This document shows positions 57,777 through 64,000 of a stretch of 64,000 nt of DNA, in pieces. Made by a program: the position numbers and the translations under genes. The notes beneath the pieces were generated by a model that was given only the letters and a program-made list of their open reading frames with translations, ran no database searches and was not told the origin of the DNA. Source of the stretch: Sulfurimonadaceae bacterium (GTDB taxonomy: Bacteria > Campylobacterota > Campylobacteria > Campylobacterales > Sulfurimonadaceae); contig JBFFUI010000008.1 in NCBI GenBank assembly GCA_041571435.1, positions 1 to 64,000 on the forward strand, read 5' to 3'. Numbering within the stretch: the first letter of the stretch is position 1; every line of letters begins with the position of its first letter.

Positions 57777-58539
57777 TGATTATGCCGTCCTTGACAATGA
57801 TCTTTCCTTCCAGCTCATAGAGTGCGACCTTCTCTCCGTACTGTCTCAGCGCCTCTTCATAAGCGGGTGCGCCTTGGCAGAACTGCAAGAATTCATCTGC
57901 TTCAACCGCTTTGGCCTGACCATACTGTGCAACAAATGCATCAATGTCATAAATGACCTCGGCCTTACCAGCTTTGACCAGGTCCATGGTACCGTCACTC
58001 TCACCCATCCTATGGGCAAAGGTATAGATCTTTTTACCCATCGCCAGTGCATATTCAACACTGCGCATCGAACCGCTGTCACGCAACGCTTCAGCAACAA
58101 TCAGTACATCACCGAGTGCGACGACCATCTCGTTTCGCGACACAAAGCTCCATTTGGCCGCCAAGGTCCCCTCTTCGTACATGCTCAGCAGCAGCCCCTC
58201 TTCCTCGATCTTCTCAAAAAGTTCCCGGTTTGTCATCGGGTACCGGATGTCAAGTCCACACGGCATCACGGCGATTGTATTGGCATAGCCTGCTCCAAAA
58301 TGGGCCTGGCCGTCAACACCCATGGCCCCGCCACTGACAACAGTAACCCCGACAGCGGTAAGTCTGTGGGCCAGGTCAGCTGTCATCTGTCTGGTGTATT
58401 GCATCGGTGTTCGTGTACCGACGATACTGACCTTCGGTCTGTTCAGCAGGGCTGTGTTCCCGCGAAAGAAAATCTTTTTAGGCTCTTTTTTCATCGCTGA
58501 AAAGTGATGGAAATCCTCTCGGGGAAGCGTCTGTGTCAT
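57766..58539 (-). CDS. dprA: DNA processing protein DprA
   Basis: VSIVGTR, VSGGA.GVD..AH, F..RN and EA...SGS motifs. Confidence 0.95.
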   Translation of the reverse strand: MTQTLPREDFHHFSAMKKEPKKIFFRGNTALLNRPKVSIVGTRTPMQYTRQMTADLAHRLTAVGVTVVSGGAMGVDGQAHFGAGYANTIAVMPCGLDIRYPMTNRELFEKIEEEGLLLSMYEEGTLAAKWSFVSRNEMVVALGDVLIVAEALRDSGSMRSVEYALAMGKKIYTFAHRMGESDGTMDLVKAGKAEVIYDIDAFVAQYGQAKAVEADEFLQFCQGAPAYEEALRQYGEKVALYELEGKIIVKDGIITIC

Positions 58540-59510
58540 CGTTTTGTCAGCTTGTCGATTCGGACCAGCTCCACACTGTCGAATAGTGCTGTCGACTCTT
58601 TAAGCGCTTTAAGTGTTGCTTGATGCGGATGACAGATGGCAATGCATTTGCCGTATTTGTTGGCAATGCTGATAGCCTTCTTTATCTGCGCTTTGATAGC
58701 GTCGACATTGGCATCATGGTCTAAAAAGACATCCCGTGTCTGATACGGCATCTTGTACCGCTTCATCACCTGTTCAGCTTTGGTCTCAGCTGTCGTACGC
58801 GAGTCAATAAAACCGATCTTCTCAAGCCGAAGTGCAAAAATAAGTTTGTTCATTGCCTTAGCGTCCGAGGTAAACTTGCTGCCGGTGTGGTTGTTGATGT
58901 ACTCCACTTTGGGAAACTGCTGCTTGACTTTTAGAATGCGTTCAACGATCTTCTCTTTTGAATCGCTTGTAAGCAGTGTCGAGGTCTCAGGTGAGTTGAA
59001 ATTCATCGCTTCCATCGGCATGTGCACCATATAGTACGGCTCTTTTGCCGCCAGTTTTGCCGAATTCGGATGGCGGGAGGTCGGTGGTAGAAAAGACATA
59101 GTGACCGGAAGATTCAGACCTTTGATCTGTTTGACATCACCCGAAAATGAGACATCATCAAATATGATGGCCAGCTTCCCTTTTTTACCCTCTATTTTTT
59201 CAATTTTTTTCTCGATGTGGTTTGGCGGCGTGCTGCTGTTGCCATACTCATGCCGGGCTGTTTGGTTGGTCAGTCTTGATATCTTCTGCTGCAGTCTTTT
59301 GGTCTCTTTTTTATGTTCGGTGATGACACAGGCGCTCTCCTCTTTTGCCTGGTTGTATCCGGCGTAAAAACCGACCACACCTGCTGCGCTTAGTACCGAT
59401 ACAATGGCCAGCACCCAATACGAATAGTGAACAAAACGTTCTAGATCAAACCACTTCTTTGTCGATGATCTTTTTGTAGACTTTTTAGGGGTTGTTTTTT
59501 TCACTGCCAT
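58536..59510 (-). CDS. Divergent polysaccharide deacetylase family protein (YibQ-like)
   Basis: LAIIFDD, H.PME, NNHTGS, F.DS.T, RDVFLD and I.HP motifs; N-terminal TM helix. Confidence 0.9.
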   Translation of the reverse strand: MAVKKTTPKKSTKRSSTKKWFDLERFVHYSYWVLAIVSVLSAAGVVGFYAGYNQAKEESACVITEHKKETKRLQQKISRLTNQTARHEYGNSSTPPNHIEKKIEKIEGKKGKLAIIFDDVSFSGDVKQIKGLNLPVTMSFLPPTSRHPNSAKLAAKEPYYMVHMPMEAMNFNSPETSTLLTSDSKEKIVERILKVKQQFPKVEYINNHTGSKFTSDAKAMNKLIFALRLEKIGFIDSRTTAETKAEQVMKRYKMPYQTRDVFLDHDANVDAIKAQIKKAISIANKYGKCIAICHPHQATLKALKESTALFDSVELVRIDKLTKR

Positions 59511-59733
59511 AGTTACCTGTCATTTTTTGAGTGCTCTATTCTAATCTATATAGCGTTAGATGCGGATTAATGTGGCATTCTGCCTCAATAACTTGCCTAT
59601 ATCACCCAGGAAGTTTTAATACAGATTTATCGCCTCTGTAGTTAGGGTATTAATCGGAACAGTCCTTATATATTGTCATAAAATTAGCCAAAATATCACT
59701 GCACGTTGGTGAAAGATAAGTATAATGTGCACT

Positions 59734-60267
59734 ATGATTCGAAAAGTCTTTAAAAAACGAAAAAGAAGCAATGCGCTTGATGCTGTCATCACCAAATACA
59801 ATATTCCAAGAGAGTATCTCAGTGTCAACCGCAATGCTGTCTCAAAAGCGATCTTGGTAGGGCTTTTCTTTGGGTTTATCCCGATGCCGATGCAGATGTT
59901 GGCGGTCATATTTATGATACCGTTTATGAAGTTCAACGTCCCTATCGGTGTAAGTCTGGTCTGGATCACCAACCCTGTCACGATGCCCTTTATCTTTTAT
60001 GCAGAACTTATCATTGGTGACCTAATCATGCTTGAACCTGTCACACAGGACCTGGATTTCATGGTCGAGCTTTTTACGATGGACTGGTTTTCAACCGTTT
60101 TTCTTTCCAAACTGATGGAGATCATTGTCCCGATGTACATCGGTGCGTTTTTTACCGCCACAGTACTTGCTGTTAGCGGTTACTACAGCGTCCGCTACCT
60201 CTGGTGGCGCTCTGTCCACGAAGAGAAGTTACGCAAGGAAAAAGAGAAGTTTCACAGCGGAGAGTAA
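59734..60267 (+). CDS. DUF2062 family membrane protein
   Basis: GLF.GFIP.P.Q and N.P......WITNPVT motifs. Confidence 0.85.
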   Translation: MIRKVFKKRKRSNALDAVITKYNIPREYLSVNRNAVSKAILVGLFFGFIPMPMQMLAVIFMIPFMKFNVPIGVSLVWITNPVTMPFIFYAELIIGDLIMLEPVTQDLDFMVELFTMDWFSTVFLSKLMEIIVPMYIGAFFTATVLAVSGYYSVRYLWWRSVHEEKLRKEKEKFHSGE

Positions 60268-60433
60268 TTATATTTTCCTCTCTTCTCCTGATTAACAATC
60301 TATGCCTATACCTGTAGTAACAAGCAAAGCGATGTTCTGATAAGAATCATTTAAAGACTAAAAGAGTGGTGTAATTGCAAGAAGCATAGGGAGAAAGTGC
60401 CCTAGTGGACATGACGAGCGTAGTGACGATATC

Positions 60434-60469
60434 TCACTTGCAGTATGCCGGGGGCAAGCTGCAATGAGT
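60434..60469. terminator. Long stem-loop downstream of ilvC (convergent intergenic region)
   Basis: CTCA(C)TTGCAG...TGCC/GGCA...CTGCAATGAG inverted repeat. Confidence 0.5.
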
Positions 60470-60488
60470 AAAGTCATATATATATTTT

Positions 60489-61532
<1,044 letters not shown>

Positions 61533-61673
61533 CTACTTCGAGGTGAAAATTTCGCGGATTATATCCTAACTAAGTAAAAAAACAGTTTATAGGAAGCTTA
61601 GTTCCTCCAACTTGCACATATCTTTTAATTTATGCGTGATAGAATTCATCAATTAAAATTTCGGATATTAACT

Positions 61674-62324
61674 ATGAAAAAATTCAATCTTCTAAAAGAG
61701 ATTATTGTCATCTCGCGTAACGAGCTTCTCAAAGCGATCAACACTAATCAAGAGTTTGCAATTAACTATAAAGGCGAAGTGCTTGCTCCGCCCTATGCCG
61801 AAAAAGAGATCTTCATCTTCAAAGGCAAGGCAGAAGCGCCAAAAGTCTCTGCACTCAGTATGCCAAAACCACAGACAATTGCAGATATTCTGGGCAGCAA
61901 CTATAAAATCGTAGAAGATGAAGACCGTGTTCTCATCAAAGCCGGCGGCAACTGGCAAGCACTTATCGGTCTCAATATGCCGAACTCGGGATATGACGAC
62001 ACCACGGCTGACGGTGTCGCAGAATTTGCCGACAGGGAGATGGAGAACATCGGCTGGATGGCGACAGACTTCGAGATCGGTTACCGTGATATGGTCGAAG
62101 AGCTAGAGTCCAAAGTTGACGGTCTCGTCTTCTGTATCGAGCAGGAGGAGCCTTATCAATTCAGCGGTATGGGCTTTTTCTTTGATATTGAGGAAGCGAA
62201 AGAGTGTCTCTTTAACTACTGTCAGGCCATCGTCAAAGAGAAGATCGCCAATGACCCTCATTTCGCAGCAGACAACCTCACCGACGATGAGGAAGAAGCA
62301 GCGAAGTTCTTTCAAGCACTTTAA
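61674..62324 (+). CDS. Conserved hypothetical acidic protein
   Basis: Long ORF with coding-like codon usage, divergent from ilvC. Start at ATG 61674. Confidence 0.75.
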   Translation: MKKFNLLKEIIVISRNELLKAINTNQEFAINYKGEVLAPPYAEKEIFIFKGKAEAPKVSALSMPKPQTIADILGSNYKIVEDEDRVLIKAGGNWQALIGLNMPNSGYDDTTADGVAEFADREMENIGWMATDFEIGYRDMVEELESKVDGLVFCIEQEEPYQFSGMGFFFDIEEAKECLFNYCQAIVKEKIANDPHFAADNLTDDEEEAAKFFQAL

Positions 62325-62716
62325 TCGCCGTTAGCCCGCAGCCAGCGTTCCAAAATGACCTTGGCCGCGATCGAATCAACACGGCCGTCACGTTTGTACT
62401 TGATCGTACCCTTCATCATATCTTCTGCTTCTATTGAACTCCCCGCCTCATCCTGATAATAAAGTGGCCCATCAAAGTCAACCAGGTTCATAAAGTGTGC
62501 GACACGGCGGCACATCTCATCTTCTGAGCTTCCGCCCATCGGGATACCGACGACCACTGCTTCCGCTTCCCACTCTTCTATCACCTTTTTTACGGCAGCC
62601 GACGCCTGATTGCGGTTTTTCCGCTCTACTGCTTCAAGTGGGGTGACGATCCCCTGCCCTCCGCTGTAGGCAAGTCCGATACGTTTAAGGCCCAGATCTA
62701 TTGCAATGATCTTCAT
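62321..62716 (-). CDS. ruvX: RuvX/YqgF pre-16S rRNA nuclease
   Basis: IDLG.KRIG.A, VVG.P, DE..SS and DS.AA.VILE motifs. ATG at 62716, just after the mnmE stop. Confidence 0.93.
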   Translation of the reverse strand: MKIIAIDLGLKRIGLAYSGGQGIVTPLEAVERKNRNQASAAVKKVIEEWEAEAVVVGIPMGGSSEDEMCRRVAHFMNLVDFDGPLYYQDEAGSSIEAEDMMKGTIKYKRDGRVDSIAAKVILERWLRANGD

Positions 62717-62717
62717 G

Positions 62718-64000
62718 TCATTTTCCAAGGCAGAAAGAGCCGAACATCTTGTCCAGCATCTCGTCATTTTCAAACGGACGAGTGATCGATGCCATGGCAT
62801 GGATAGCCTGGTTCATGTGAAAAGAGAAGATCTCAAGGTCCTGATCCGCAAGTGGTTCGACCGCGTCATCGATCTCTGCCAAAGTCTTTTTGACGGCTTC
62901 GATCTGACGCGAAGAGATCAGCATCATCTCATCGGAGACATTCTGACTATCCATGATCGTCTTGAGTTTGTCTATCAGTTCACCACTGTCGGCTTTAGCG
63001 CTGATACCTATCGGTGAAAAAGCCTCAATGGCACGCTTATAAAACTTCTGCTCTAGATCCTGTTTATTGATGACACAGATAAAAGCTCTGTCCTTTTTGT
63101 GCGCCTGCATCAGTTCGATGATCTTCTCGTCTTCTTCATCAAGCACACGGCTTCCGTCAAAGATGGCGATGACGATATCACTCTCCTCCACGGCTTCGAT
63201 GGATCGTCCGATCCCGATACGCTCTATCTCATCACCCGCCTCACGAATACCCGCCGTGTCAACGATACGGATCATATGCGAACCGATCTTCACCTGCTCT
63301 TCGATCGTGTCACGTGTGGTACCGGCGATCTCACTAACAATAGCGCGGTTGTAGTTGAGCAGTGCGTTCAGCAGTGAGCTTTTACCCACGTTAGGTTTTC
63401 CGATCAGTGAGACTTTGAAACCCTGCATAAGTCCCCGGCGGCTCTCACTCGCCTGCAATGTACGCTGGAGGTTCTTGGAGATCTCACTCAAACGTGCCTG
63501 TATCTGCTCGATTAGGTCTTCAGGTAGATCCTCTTCGGCATAGTCGATGGTCACTTCCGAGTAGGCTAAAGCGTGCAGAAGCTGGTCTCTGACCTCTTCG
63601 ACATAATGTCGCAGTGACCCCTTCATCTGCTTGGCCAGGATCTTGGCGGCATCCTCACTTTTTGCTTCGATAAGTTGTGCAATAGCTTCGGCTTCAGTAA
63701 GATCGATACGCCCGTTCATGAAAGCACGTTTCGAGTACTCTCCCGGCTCGGCCAGTCTCGCCCCTGCATTCAGTGTCGCCTGCAGGATCTCCTGGGCAAC
63801 AACCATGCCGCCGTGACATTGAAATTCGACAACATCTTCTCCGGTGAAGCTTTTTGGGCCTTCAAAATAGATAGATACGGTCTCGTCGATTAATTCCTTA
63901 TCAGCATTGTAAAGCGGCGTCAAATGGGCATAACGCACCTTAAATGCATCGCGTTTCGTCAATGTTTTGGCAATCGAAAGGGCATTCTCGCCGCTAAGAC
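62718..64000 (-). CDS. mnmE: tRNA modification GTPase MnmE (5' end lies beyond the window)
   Basis: SFTGEDVVE...HGG, GKPNVGKSS, GTTRD, DTAGIR, NKQD and C-terminal FCLGK. The frame stays open to the window edge. Confidence 0.98.
   Translation of the reverse strand, partial: LSGENALSIAKTLTKRDAFKVRYAHLTPLYNADKELIDETVSIYFEGPKSFTGEDVVEFQCHGGMVVAQEILQATLNAGARLAEPGEYSKRAFMNGRIDLTEAEAIAQLIEAKSEDAAKILAKQMKGSLRHYVEEVRDQLLHALAYSEVTIDYAEEDLPEDLIEQIQARLSEISKNLQRTLQASESRRGLMQGFKVSLIGKPNVGKSSLLNALLNYNRAIVSEIAGTTRDTIEEQVKIGSHMIRIVDTAGIREAGDEIERIGIGRSIEAVEESDIVIAIFDGSRVLDEEDEKIIELMQAHKKDRAFICVINKQDLEQKFYKRAIEAFSPIGISAKADSGELIDKLKTIMDSQNVSDEMMLISSRQIEAVKKTLAEIDDAVEPLADQDLEIFSFHMNQAIHAMASITRPFENDEMLDKMFGSFCLGK

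Noticed and set aside
57712-58500. 262-aa plus-strand ORF
   Set aside because: Antisense to dprA, which has clear family motifs; the product has no recognisable features.
60362-60430. tRNA-like start (GAGTGGTGTAATTG) in the DUF2062-ilvC gap
   Set aside because: No T-arm GTTCGA, no acceptor-stem pairing and no cloverleaf.

Overview
A gene-dense 64-kb chromosomal window from a free-living Campylobacterota (epsilonproteobacterium), most likely Sulfurimonas-like. That assignment is inferred from the lineage-typical blocks csd1-ccmA, ispDF-cemR-sat-pgpA, folP-holB-hobA-lysC-rppH/hemW-tatB-tatC-queA, and peb4/nth/fba. Most of the window is housekeeping: moxR-bat operon, mrp, thiC, hisD, aroK, fbaA, nth, cmoA, pyk, hup, msrB, ilvC, dprA, ruvX and a partial mnmE. 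I saw no rRNA, tRNA, CRISPR array or mobile element. The most interesting part is a sulfur-respiration-type locus on the minus strand (about 15.6-25.9 kb). It has a Psr/Ttr-clade molybdoenzyme operon in B-C-A order, then a TorD chaperone and a polyferredoxin. Two unexplained, tightly linked genes follow: a shikimate-dehydrogenase-fold protein that has lost its catalytic residues and gained a CxxC, and an acidic 170-aa protein. Next come an AraC-like fragment and a CoA-disulfide reductase. A near-consensus sigma54 (-24/-12) promoter and a candidate enhancer palindrome lie upstream of the operon. Other points of note: an unannotated 31-aa membrane microprotein, a bactofilin gene starting inside csd1, a degenerate ATP sulfurylase coupled to the atypical regulator CemR with HP1021-type boxes upstream, and a GC-rich FN3 exported protein that looks acquired. 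All calls come from reading the sequence; no database searches were run.
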